Shown piece by piece: positions 54,689-63,695 of a DNA stretch of 64,000 nt. The stretch is from an uncultured Candidatus Moduliflexus sp. (GTDB lineage: Bacteria > Moduliflexota > Moduliflexia > Moduliflexales > Moduliflexaceae): assembly GCA_964498135.1 (NCBI GenBank), contig CAZCGG010000001.1, positions 3,371-67,370 of the forward strand, given 5' to 3'. The position numbers were made by a program, and so were the translations under genes. Position 1 is the first letter of the stretch. Every line of letters starts with the position of its first letter. Below the pieces are notes generated by a model that was given only the letters and a program-made list of their open reading frames with translations, did no database searches and had not been told where the DNA came from.

Positions 54689-56569
54689 TTACTTTTTGAT
54701 GATCGCTTTGAACTTACAGGTTGACATGCACGCGCCGCATTTGATGCACTTGCTCTGATCAATTGTATGCAACTGCTTCACCTGACCGGAAATGCAGTTG
54801 ACTGGGCAAACGCGAGCGCAGGCCGTGCAGCCTTTGCATTTCTCTGCCAAAATCTCATAGCGCAGCAACTTCTGGCAGACTCCGGCGGGGCAGCGTTTTT
54901 CTTCCACGTGCGCCTGATATTCGTCCATGAAATACTTCAGGGTGCTGAGCACCGGGTTCGGCGCCGTCTGACCAAGACCGCAAAGTGACGTGTCTTTAAT
55001 GATATTGGAGAGTTCTTCCAATTCCGCCAAATGTTCCGGCTTGCCGCGCCCTTCCGTAATATCCGTCAGGATTTCATGCAGGCGTTTGTTGCCGATGCGA
55101 CACGGCGTGCATTTGCCGCACGATTCGTCCACCGTGAATTCAAGGTAGAACTTGGCGATATTGACCATGCAATCTTTCGCGCTCAACACGATCATGCCGC
55201 CCGATCCCATCATTGAGCCAACCGCCGCCAAGGATTGATAGTCAATCGGCGTGTCGAGGAACTGTTTCGGGAGGCAGCCACCGGACGGCCCGCCGGTTTG
55301 CGCCGCTTTGAACTCTGCACCGTCTTTGATGCCGCCGCCGATTTCATAAATGATTTCCCGCAGCGTCGTTCCCATCGGCACTTCCACGAGGCCGACGTTA
55401 TTGATTTGGCCGGAGAGCGCGAACACTTTCGTCCCTTTCGAGGTCGCCGTGCCAATAGAACTGAACCATTCCGCGCCGTTCAAAATAATCGGCGGCACGC
55501 TGGCAAACGTTTCGACGTTGTTCACGTTTGTGGATTTGCCCCACACGCCTTCGACGGACGGGAACGGCGGTTTCGTGGTTGGCTCGCCGCGCTCGCCTTC
55601 AATGGAGTGAATCAGCGCGGTTTCTTCGCCGCAGACGAACGCACCCGCGCCGAGTTTGATTTGCAGATCGAAATTAAAGCCGGTGCCCATGATATTTTTG
55701 CCGATCAACCCGGCTTCTTTGGCTTGCGCTAAGGCGAGTTTCAGCCGTTTGATCGCCAACGGATATTCGGCGCGAATGTAGATGTAGCCGTTCGATGCGC
55801 CGATAGCATAGCCCGCAATCGCCATCGCCTCGAGGACGCTGTGCGAATCGCCTTCCATAATTGACCGATCCATGAACGCGCCCGGATCGCCTTCGTCCGC
55901 GTTGCAGATGATGAATTTTTCATCGCATTTCACAGAACGGGAAATTTCCCATTTTTTGCCGGTCGAGAAGCCGCCGCCGCCGCGCCCGGCCAGCCCGGAT
56001 TTTTTCACCGCGTCAATCACCTGTTCCGGCGTCATCTCGGTCAGCGCTTTGCCCAACGCCTGATATCCTTTGTTCGCAATATATTCTTCGATTTTTTCAG
56101 GGTTAATCAGACCGCAGTTCCGCAGGGAAATGCGCATTTGTTTTTTGTAGAACGTCATTTCCGCCTGCGTCTCGACTTTCTGTTTCAGCGTCGGTTCTTC
56201 GTACAGCAGCTTTTTCACGCGCTTTTTCTCGATGAGATGCGTCTGCACGATTTCTTCGGCATCTTCCGGCTTGACTTGGACGTAGAAGACGTTATCCGGG
56301 AAAATCTGAACAATCGGCCCTTTTTCGCAGAACCCGAAGCAGCCGGTAATGGAGACCTCCACGCTGTTCGTCAATTGCTGGTCGGCGACCGCTTGTTTGA
56401 AATTGGCGACGAGCCGCTGGCTTTCCGACGCCTGACAGCCCGTTCCGCCACAGACAAGCACCATCGTCTTCTGCTGTCCGGCGGCCTTCATATTCACGCG
56501 CGAATCGAGCAGCGACTTGACGTGATCGTATGTTCCCAATAATGCTTGATACGATGTAATCCGTTCCAT
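54689..56569 (-). CDS. hydB: NADH-binding flavoprotein subunit HydB (NuoF-like with N-terminal Trx-like 2Fe-2S and C-terminal 2x[4Fe-4S])
   Basis: 626 aa; VCGGTGCQ...CFGFCEKGP; GRGGGGFSTG FMN site; ESCGKCTPCRIG; C-terminal CPAGVC...CKGCTACARVCP...CIKCGACMSTC. Confidence 0.9.
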   Translation of the reverse strand: MERITSYQALLGTYDHVKSLLDSRVNMKAAGQQKTMVLVCGGTGCQASESQRLVANFKQAVADQQLTNSVEVSITGCFGFCEKGPIVQIFPDNVFYVQVKPEDAEEIVQTHLIEKKRVKKLLYEEPTLKQKVETQAEMTFYKKQMRISLRNCGLINPEKIEEYIANKGYQALGKALTEMTPEQVIDAVKKSGLAGRGGGGFSTGKKWEISRSVKCDEKFIICNADEGDPGAFMDRSIMEGDSHSVLEAMAIAGYAIGASNGYIYIRAEYPLAIKRLKLALAQAKEAGLIGKNIMGTGFNFDLQIKLGAGAFVCGEETALIHSIEGERGEPTTKPPFPSVEGVWGKSTNVNNVETFASVPPIILNGAEWFSSIGTATSKGTKVFALSGQINNVGLVEVPMGTTLREIIYEIGGGIKDGAEFKAAQTGGPSGGCLPKQFLDTPIDYQSLAAVGSMMGSGGMIVLSAKDCMVNIAKFYLEFTVDESCGKCTPCRIGNKRLHEILTDITEGRGKPEHLAELEELSNIIKDTSLCGLGQTAPNPVLSTLKYFMDEYQAHVEEKRCPAGVCQKLLRYEILAEKCKGCTACARVCPVNCISGQVKQLHTIDQSKCIKCGACMSTCKFKAIIKK

Positions 56570-57121
56570 TTATGCCTCCTCCTTGCTTTCCGTTTCCACC
56601 AGATATTCTTCAACGATGCCGCGAACGCTTTCCGGTTTCACTTTGCCGTACACTTTTTCATTAATCATCACGACCGGCGCAAGGCCGCATGCGCCGACGC
56701 AGCGCAGACTTTCAATAGAAAAGCGTTTATCTTCGGTCACTTCGCCGGATTTAATGCCTAACACGCGCTCGAATTCGGCCAGCACTTTTTCCGCGCCGCG
56801 CACGTAGCAGGCCGTTCCCATGCAGACGTTGATTTTGTACTGCCCTTTCGGCGTCGTTGTGAAATAATTGTAAAAACTGATGACGCCGGAGACTTCCGCA
56901 TGATGAACGCCAAAGCGCGTGGCGATGTGCAATTGAACTTCTTCGGGCAGATAGCCGAAAATTTCCTGCGCTTTGTGCAACGATTGAATCAGAAATTCTT
57001 TCTTTCTGGCCGCCTGCGGCTCAACGCCCAATTCTTCGATAAACCGGTCAAGTTCATCATAGAGCGGCTCAGGGAGAATGCGTTGGACAGGTTCCGGGTT
57101 GATATGCAGCTTGTTTAACAT
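56570..57121 (-). CDS. hydC: NuoE-like [2Fe-2S] subunit HydC
   Basis: 183 aa; CMGTACYVRG ... CVGACGLAPV thioredoxin-like ferredoxin motifs. Confidence 0.9.
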   Translation of the reverse strand: MLNKLHINPEPVQRILPEPLYDELDRFIEELGVEPQAARKKEFLIQSLHKAQEIFGYLPEEVQLHIATRFGVHHAEVSGVISFYNYFTTTPKGQYKINVCMGTACYVRGAEKVLAEFERVLGIKSGEVTEDKRFSIESLRCVGACGLAPVVMINEKVYGKVKPESVRGIVEEYLVETESKEEA

Positions 57122-57202
57122 GCGTTCCCCTCCTTACACGGGTGCGTGATTCACTCACATGCCGCGCCTGCGCGGAACATTATGCCATGCGGGTGAATCG
57201 GG

Positions 57203-58366
57203 TTAACAATACTCGATTGTAACATCTTTGTGCAATTCGCGCAGCAGTCGGGCTAATTGCTCCACCAGATTTTTACGAATCGAGATGCTGACGGGCAGCA
57301 GCGGATTTTGATAAAACGGGTTAATCTGCTGCCCGACTAAAAAATGCAAATCGTCGGCATACAAAATTTCCAGCGCAAGCATGGTCGCGCCGTTGATGTC
57401 GGTCGGCAAGCGGCTGTAATCGCCGCGACTCTCTTTGATATGCTCAATCGCCTTGCTGATGGTCAAAATGCCTTCCGTCAGCAGATCTATGCCGTCCAGC
57501 ACGCCGATGGGCGGCGTATCGGGCTTCAACGTGGCGAGTTCGACTTCGATGTCTTGACGCAGATAGCGGGCGACGATATTGCCCGTCGTGCCGCCGCACA
57601 CGATTTTCCGTCCGTCAAATTCCGCGACGCGCTGGGCGCAGCGTTCGTCCTCAGCGCGATCAAGCGGCGGGCCGGTGAAAATCATGGCCGAATGGCGCGG
57701 CCGGAGATACAAGCCGATGAGCGTGGCGTCATCGCCGGGCTGGCTGCCATACAGCATGTTCGTATAATCCAGCACGCGCTCCACGACGGTTTGGGCGGTA
57801 TTGACGCGGCTGTGCAGGATTTCCGCCATGAACTCCGCAATATTGTTCCAGCCCCAGCCAAAATTGAAGGTTTGCCCCAAGCCCGCATACCAGACGCCAT
57901 CGCTGACCGCCGCTAAAAAATCTCCTTCCTCCAACGTCCCTTCTCGAAGCAAGATTTTTTTGTCAAGAATGTTCAAAATCTTCGGCTCAATCTTTTGCTG
58001 AACGCCTCCGGCCTTGAAAAAGAACGTTTCAGGGTTATCGAAATTCATCACGCGGAAATGAAACGAGTGGTGGTCAATTTCAACGACCGTGAACGTGGCA
58101 TACGCGATATTGCGGACTTTGCAAATCGGCAGCGTGCCGAGAATCGTCTCCACCACGTCATACAGCGCGGCGTCGGCTTTCAGCATGGTGATGATGATTT
58201 GCGACGTGAGCGTCGCCAAAATGCTCGCTTTAATCCCGCTGCCCAGCCCATCGGACAGCACGACCCACGTTTTCGTATCCGTCCGGGCGATTTTGACTTG
58301 ATCGCCGCAGATTTCTTCCCCGAATTTGTTCAGCGATTGATACGAAATATCGAGGAAGTGGCTCAT
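57203..58366 (-). CDS. SpoIIE/PP2C-family serine phosphatase with ~150-aa uncharacterised C-terminal domain
   Basis: CGDQVKIARTDTKTWVVLSDGLGSGIKAS, SDGVWYAGLG, GDDATLIGLYL PPM motifs; C-terminal KIVCGGTTGNIVARYL... unrecognised. Confidence 0.75.
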   Translation of the reverse strand: MSHFLDISYQSLNKFGEEICGDQVKIARTDTKTWVVLSDGLGSGIKASILATLTSQIIITMLKADAALYDVVETILGTLPICKVRNIAYATFTVVEIDHHSFHFRVMNFDNPETFFFKAGGVQQKIEPKILNILDKKILLREGTLEEGDFLAAVSDGVWYAGLGQTFNFGWGWNNIAEFMAEILHSRVNTAQTVVERVLDYTNMLYGSQPGDDATLIGLYLRPRHSAMIFTGPPLDRAEDERCAQRVAEFDGRKIVCGGTTGNIVARYLRQDIEVELATLKPDTPPIGVLDGIDLLTEGILTISKAIEHIKESRGDYSRLPTDINGATMLALEILYADDLHFLVGQQINPFYQNPLLPVSISIRKNLVEQLARLLRELHKDVTIEYC

Positions 58367-58896
58367 CGCCGCAACACCTCTTGTTCGACCATTGCTCGGA
58401 GTTTCAGCAGGCTGACTTTGGTTTCCGCCGTCGCTTCGCCCAATAACCCAGCGATTTCCTGCGCAACGTGCATGTGCTTGTTCACGACCTGATTGACTTG
58501 CTCAAGCGTTTCGCGCTGAATGCGGAGCATGTCGTTCTGCTGCTGCCATTCATGCGTCAAATCAACGATAATGCAGGCGACAAAGCCTTCGTTTTTGATG
58601 GGGAAAATCACGCGGCGGGCGTATAAATGGTATTGGGGATATTCGGTTTCCGGGCATTTCACGACTTTATTCTCGCGCCACGCGGTTTGCAGATCGTTCG
58701 CATCCCCAAGCACGGCGGCGATGTCCCGATCCAGCAGATCGGCCTCCGTTTGTTTGAACATATCGCAGAATGCCGGATTGACAAGGCGGATCCGCATGGT
58801 TTGATCCACCACAACCAGCCCATTCGGGTCATAATCCCACAGCAACTTCCAGAGCGTATCGGCGGCGCGGAACGGCATGGCCGGAACTCCTTTCAT
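58363..58896 (-). CDS. stand-alone PAS-domain protein with C-terminal helical segment
   Basis: 177 aa; PAS core LVVVDQTMRIRLVNPAFCDMFKQTEADLLDRDI...; overlaps neighbours by 4 nt on both sides. Confidence 0.65.
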   Translation of the reverse strand: MKGVPAMPFRAADTLWKLLWDYDPNGLVVVDQTMRIRLVNPAFCDMFKQTEADLLDRDIAAVLGDANDLQTAWRENKVVKCPETEYPQYHLYARRVIFPIKNEGFVACIIVDLTHEWQQQNDMLRIQRETLEQVNQVVNKHMHVAQEIAGLLGEATAETKVSLLKLRAMVEQEVLRR

Positions 58897-59162
58897 GACC
58901 GGAGATGCGGCAACATCTCATTGACGAATTTTTCTTCGATATTTTGCGGACGGATGCGCGTGAACAACATCGTTTTGTATTTCAACACAATGCCATCCGA
59001 GCAGGGGCCGAGGCAGAACGCCCCTTTCAATTCAACCGTGAGGTCTAAACGATAGCGCTCAATCAATTCCTGCAATTTTGGCAGCACGTCATAGACGCCT
59101 AATTGATGGCAGGCCGATCCCATGCACACATATAAACACGCTGTTGCTGTTTCTTGTTCCAT
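58893..59162 (-). CDS. thioredoxin-like [2Fe-2S] ferredoxin (NuoE-fold, 89 aa)
   Basis: Cx4C ... Cx3C: VCMGSACHQLG ... FCLGPCSDG. Confidence 0.75.
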   Translation of the reverse strand: MEQETATACLYVCMGSACHQLGVYDVLPKLQELIERYRLDLTVELKGAFCLGPCSDGIVLKYKTMLFTRIRPQNIEEKFVNEMLPHLRS

Positions 59163-59460
59163 CTATGCCGTCCCTGCCTGCTGTTCAGGCCAAACATCGC
59201 CGTTTCGTCTCTCGTGAAAAACGCGGCGGGAAAACAGCGATTTCTTTTGCCCATTCCATAAAGAATTCTTGACTTTTTTTCGTGAACGCCGCAGAGTGAA
59301 TGCAGGAGAATGATGAGACACATTGCCATATCCCGTCATTCTTGTCAAGTCAAGAGATTGGAAAGTTGAAAATCGCCAGAAAAGGCGCGCGCATTCTCCG
59401 CGCCGATGCCGAATTTCCTCTCAATGAGAACCCTCATGACGCTCAAAGGAGGCGCTCATT

Positions 59461-61116
59461 ATGTCAATCTATCGTGCGCATGTTTTAGTTTCCACTGACG
59501 CCGAAAGCCGACTGCGCGGCGCGGAACAAGTCATTCAGCGTCTTCGGGATGAACTCGCCAAGCGCGACTTAGCCAATGAAATCATGGTCGCCGAAACCGG
59601 CAACCCCGGTCGCGGCGTCCGGCTGCCCGCCGTATTAGTCTATCCCGACGGCGTGACGTATCAGGCCATCTCGCCGGAAGACGCCGCCATCATCGTCGAG
59701 GAACACCTCTACAAAGGCCGCGTGGTCAAAGAATTTACCTCCCAACTCGCGCCGATGACCGGCAGCATCGTTCGCCTTCCCAAAGCGCATAAGCATTTTC
59801 AGGAACAGCAGAAAATCGTGCTGAAAAATTGCGGCGACATCAACCCCGAAGTGATTGAAGAATATATCGCTGTTGACGGCTACATGGCGCTTGGCAAGGC
59901 ATTAACCAACATGACACCGGCACAGACGCTTGAGGAAATCAAAGCCTCCGGGCTGCGCGGACGCGGCGGCGCGGGCTTTCCGACCGGGCGCAAGCTGGAA
60001 TTTTCGCTCGGCGTCAAAGCCGCGCAAAAATATATCGTCTGCAACGCCGACGAATCCGAACCCGGCACGTTCAAAGACCGCCTGATTATCGAGGGCGACC
60101 CGCATAAGCTGATTGAAGGGATGATCATTGCCGGCTATTGCATCGGCGCGACGCAGGGCTACGTCTATATTCGCGGCGAATACGTGCTGGCGCATGACCG
60201 CCTGCTCAAAGCCATCGAGCAAGCTCGGGAAATGGGGCTGCTGGGGAACAATATTTTCAATTCCGGGTTCAATTTCGACATTTTCGTGCATTCCGGCGCG
60301 GGCGCGTATGTTTGCGGCGAAGAGACCGCGCTGCTGAATTCGCTCGAAGGCCAGCGCGGCGAACCGCGCAAACGCCCTCCGTTCCCGCCGGTCGCCGGAT
60401 TTCACCAGATGCCGACCATCGTGAACAATGTCGAAACGCTCGCCAACCTGCCGCCGATTCTGCTGAATGGCGCGGCATGGTTCACGCGCTTCGGCACAGA
60501 AAATTCAACCGGCACGAAAGTTTATACCATGCTCGGCAACATCAACAATACCGGCCTGATTGAAGTGCCGATGGGGATTACGCTGCGCGAAGTCATCGAA
60601 TTCTACGGCGGCGGCATGAAAGATGGCCGGGCGTTCAAATTCGCCCAGACCGGCGGCAGTTCCGGCTCGATTATTCCGCAGGAATTGCAGGACGTGCCGA
60701 TGGATTTCGCGTCAATGGCGAAATACGGCGTGTCAATGGGGTCGGGCGCGCTGCTGATTTGCGATGACCGCGCGTGCGTTGTGGACGTGATTAAAGTGCT
60801 GCTCAATTTTTTCAAGGTCGAATCATGCGGCAAATGCGCGCCCTGCCGAATCGGCACGCAGCAGTTGCACGACGCGTTTGCGCGGATTGCGGGCGGCGTC
60901 GGCACGATGGACGATTTAGAGCGCGCCGCGCATGTGGGCGAGCAGATGATCAAAGCGAGCTTCTGCGGGCTTGGGCAGACCGCGCCCGCGCCGATTCTGA
61001 CAGGCTTGAAATATTTCCGCAGCGAAATCGAAGCGCACATCAGAGATCAGTATTGCGAAGCGAATGTCTGCGAATTCGAGCTTGTGAAAAAGAAAAAAAG
61101 CCCCTCCGCCAAATAG
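59461..61116 (+). CDS. NuoF-like NAD(H)/FMN-binding iron-sulfur protein paralog lacking N-terminal [2Fe-2S] Cys and C-terminal ferredoxin domains
   Basis: 551 aa; GRGGAGFPTG, ESCGKCAPCRIG...C present; N-terminal Trx-like region has no Cys; ends shortly after the SLBB/4Fe-4S module. Confidence 0.85.
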   Translation: MSIYRAHVLVSTDAESRLRGAEQVIQRLRDELAKRDLANEIMVAETGNPGRGVRLPAVLVYPDGVTYQAISPEDAAIIVEEHLYKGRVVKEFTSQLAPMTGSIVRLPKAHKHFQEQQKIVLKNCGDINPEVIEEYIAVDGYMALGKALTNMTPAQTLEEIKASGLRGRGGAGFPTGRKLEFSLGVKAAQKYIVCNADESEPGTFKDRLIIEGDPHKLIEGMIIAGYCIGATQGYVYIRGEYVLAHDRLLKAIEQAREMGLLGNNIFNSGFNFDIFVHSGAGAYVCGEETALLNSLEGQRGEPRKRPPFPPVAGFHQMPTIVNNVETLANLPPILLNGAAWFTRFGTENSTGTKVYTMLGNINNTGLIEVPMGITLREVIEFYGGGMKDGRAFKFAQTGGSSGSIIPQELQDVPMDFASMAKYGVSMGSGALLICDDRACVVDVIKVLLNFFKVESCGKCAPCRIGTQQLHDAFARIAGGVGTMDDLERAAHVGEQMIKASFCGLGQTAPAPILTGLKYFRSEIEAHIRDQYCEANVCEFELVKKKKSPSAK

Positions 61117-61539
61117 AGCTTTTATGAGCGCGCAGGCCGTACCCGGCGTGACATTTTTCGGGGAGATAATTCTGTATGCTATGGCAAGAGGTTTGCGAAC
61201 ATCCCGCGTTGCGGAATTTGCCGTTCAAGATTGAATTGAACAAACGAGGAACAATCCTTATGAGTCCGGTCAACGTGTCGCATTCGTTATTTCAAGGGAA
61301 AATCCTGATTTTGCTGAAAACGCTCTTTCACGAAGGAAGTCTGGCATTGCGCTGAAGACGGGACGCTGACCTTGTACAGTCCAGTTGGGAAAATGCCGCA
61401 TTCCAGCCTTGCGCCTGCGTTTCCGGCGAAGATCGACTTATAAAAGATTGACGCGGTGGCATGAATTTTGCTTGGAATATCCCTGACGCATCTCACTATG
61501 CACAACACAATAAACACATCTTTCAAAGAGGAACGCATT

Positions 61540-62184
61540 ATGAAACATCTGAATCGAATGGGGAACGTTTTTGGCATGCTGTTGGCCGCTCTGCTGGCCT
61601 CTTCGCAAATGGGATTGGCCTGCGAACAAGGTTCGTTTCGGGATTTCAGCGGCGCAACGGACGTTGAATTCGGCAGCGGCACGGTCTATAAATATTCCGT
61701 CATCGCGGACGGAAAATTTCAGTATGTCAAATTCAGCGCCACCGGCGGCGAACTTGGGAACACGTGGAACGAAGGGAACACCTATTATGCCGAAGTGCGC
61801 TGGACGCAAAATAGCGCGGACGATCCCTCGAAGTTGAAAGTTTATGGCGAAGACAAGTGCGGCACGATGCAGGATTTGCGCCATTTCGTCAAGCCCGCCA
61901 GCGGCGGATCGCGCGGCGCGTCCAAAGGAATTGTGCGGCTCTTTGACCAAGAATCGGGCAAAGGGAAGAGTTTTGTCGCGGCGCAAAGCCTTGAAAAGCT
62001 TGGCAACAAGTGGAATGACAAAATCCGGTCGGTCTGGGTCGGCGGCGGCGTCACGCTGATTCTGTATGAAAATTACGAGCATAAAGGCCGCAGCGTGACG
62101 CTGCGCGGCGAAGGCGAGGGCACGATGTTCAACCTCTCGTCCTACGATTTCGACAAAATCGCGTCATCGCTCAAGGTTGAGTAA
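61540..62184 (+). CDS. secreted beta/gamma-crystallin-fold protein
   Basis: ATG 61540 preceded by AAGAGGAA; signal peptide MKHLNRMGNVFGMLLAALLASSQMGLA; C-terminal Greek-key signature ...WNDKIRSVWVGGG...YENYEHKGRSVTL...FDKIASSLKVE. Confidence 0.7.
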   Translation: MKHLNRMGNVFGMLLAALLASSQMGLACEQGSFRDFSGATDVEFGSGTVYKYSVIADGKFQYVKFSATGGELGNTWNEGNTYYAEVRWTQNSADDPSKLKVYGEDKCGTMQDLRHFVKPASGGSRGASKGIVRLFDQESGKGKSFVAAQSLEKLGNKWNDKIRSVWVGGGVTLILYENYEHKGRSVTLRGEGEGTMFNLSSYDFDKIASSLKVE

Positions 62185-62195
62185 ACGGCTGTCTC

Positions 62196-62237
62196 AAAAA
62201 AACCTGACTGGTGTTCAAGACCGGTCAGGTTTTTTTA
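62196..62237. terminator. bidirectional intrinsic terminator between convergent genes
   Basis: AAAAAAACCTGACTGG-TGTTCAAGA-CCGGTCAGGTTTTTTT; stop codon of the minus-strand kinase gene lies in the loop. Confidence 0.7.
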
Positions 62238-63417
62238 TGCCAACAATCGGCTTCGGCAGCGTCAGATGAAACATCGTGCCGATTCCGGCTTTGCTCTCAA
62301 CCCAAATATTCCCGCCATTTTGCTCCGCTAATTCTTTGCAGAGAATCAACCCCAGCCCCGAGCCTTTTTCGCCGGACGTGCCGGCGCGGCTGAATTTCAC
62401 GTCAATCCGAAATAATTTTTCCACATCGCCTTCTGACATGCCGACGCCGTTATCGGCAATCGTGATTTCCACATCGTCGGCATGCTCAATCGCGGCAAGC
62501 CGGATTGCGCCGCCGACCGGCGTAAATTTCAGCGCGTTCGAAATACAATTCCGCAAAATGGTATTCACCATCTCTTGATCAGCATAGACAAATATATCGC
62601 TGCCGAAATCGAAGGCGAGCGTGATGCGCTTCTGCGACGCATTGGCGGAAAAGACCGTCATCATCAGGCTGGTCAGCGAATTCAACGGAAATCGCTGCGG
62701 CGCGTATGCGATGAGGCCGCGCTGCAAGCGTGACCATGTGAGTAAATTTTCAAGAAGTTCATAAACGCTTTTCGTGGTTTTCTCCAAGATACCTAACGCT
62801 TCTCGAATCTCCTCCGCGCTGTACTCCTGCCAACTTTCGGAAAAAAGCTGCGTCAAGCCAATCAGCCCGTGAAACGGGGAGCGCAGGTCGTGGGCGATAA
62901 TCGAAAAGAACGTGTCTTTGCTGGCATTGGCGGCTTCCAGCGCGGCCGTCCGCTCTTTGACCTGCTGTTCCAGCACCGCGTTCATATTGCGCAGCACCTC
63001 GTTCTGCTCCGCCAAGCGCTTATCCTGATCAAACCGGCGAATCGCCTCTTTGACGGTCAAAATCAGGTCGGTCGTTTCCCAAGGTTTGGCGATGTAGCGA
63101 TAGAGCTCGGCGCGGTTCACGGCATCGGTGACGGCATCCAAATCCGCTTGGCCGGTCAGCAGAATGGTCAGCGTGTTGGGAGATCGTTCATGAATCCGGC
63201 GCAACAGGTCATTGCCCTTCATGTCGGGCATGATCTGATCCGAAATCACGACGGGGATTTCATGCCGCTCGGCAAGCAGTTCTTCGAATAATTCCAGCGC
63301 GTCGTTTCCACTGTCGGCGGTTTCGATAAAAAAATCAGGGAAAGGCCTCTGCAATTCCCGTTTCAGGCTTTTTAAAACGATTTCCTCGTCATCAACGCAA
63401 AAAATCACTCGTTCCAT
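62215..63417 (-). CDS. hybrid response regulator/histidine kinase (REC, coiled coil, HisKA, HATPase_c)
   Basis: N-terminal REC VIFCVDDEEIVLKS...ISDQIMPDMKGND...; H-box IAHDLRSPFHG; G-boxes DNGVGM, GSGLGL. Confidence 0.85.
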   Translation of the reverse strand: MERVIFCVDDEEIVLKSLKRELQRPFPDFFIETADSGNDALELFEELLAERHEIPVVISDQIMPDMKGNDLLRRIHERSPNTLTILLTGQADLDAVTDAVNRAELYRYIAKPWETTDLILTVKEAIRRFDQDKRLAEQNEVLRNMNAVLEQQVKERTAALEAANASKDTFFSIIAHDLRSPFHGLIGLTQLFSESWQEYSAEEIREALGILEKTTKSVYELLENLLTWSRLQRGLIAYAPQRFPLNSLTSLMMTVFSANASQKRITLAFDFGSDIFVYADQEMVNTILRNCISNALKFTPVGGAIRLAAIEHADDVEITIADNGVGMSEGDVEKLFRIDVKFSRAGTSGEKGSGLGLILCKELAEQNGGNIWVESKAGIGTMFHLTLPKPIVGIKKPDRS

Positions 63418-63695
63418 ACCTCCGCCTTTCCCAGTGTCATGTCAGCCGGTTTGCGTTCGATAGCGTTCACCGCGTTTCTTGATACGCGCAACATTCTACC
63501 GCAAGGCAGACAGTTCTGTCAAGCGTAAATTTCCCTTGACACCATTCCAGAAATTTCGCTTCCGTCACGCAACAGCATTTCATTGTTTTCGGAACAATTT
63601 CTTCATTGACGAATAGTATGCGGACTGTTTTCGCCCTGAAACGAAAATGAAATAGATGCTTTATTTATGGGCAGAAACGGCGGAGGAAGTTTATC

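Noticed and set aside
59163-59460. Looked for a sigma54 -24/-12 element (TGGCAC-N5-TTGCW) upstream of the hyd operon, and between the PP2C and hydC (57122-57202)
   Set aside because: Only off-spacing matches found by eye (e.g. TGGCAT-N5-TCCGC, TGGCCT-N5-GCAGG); cannot support a call without a scoring matrix.
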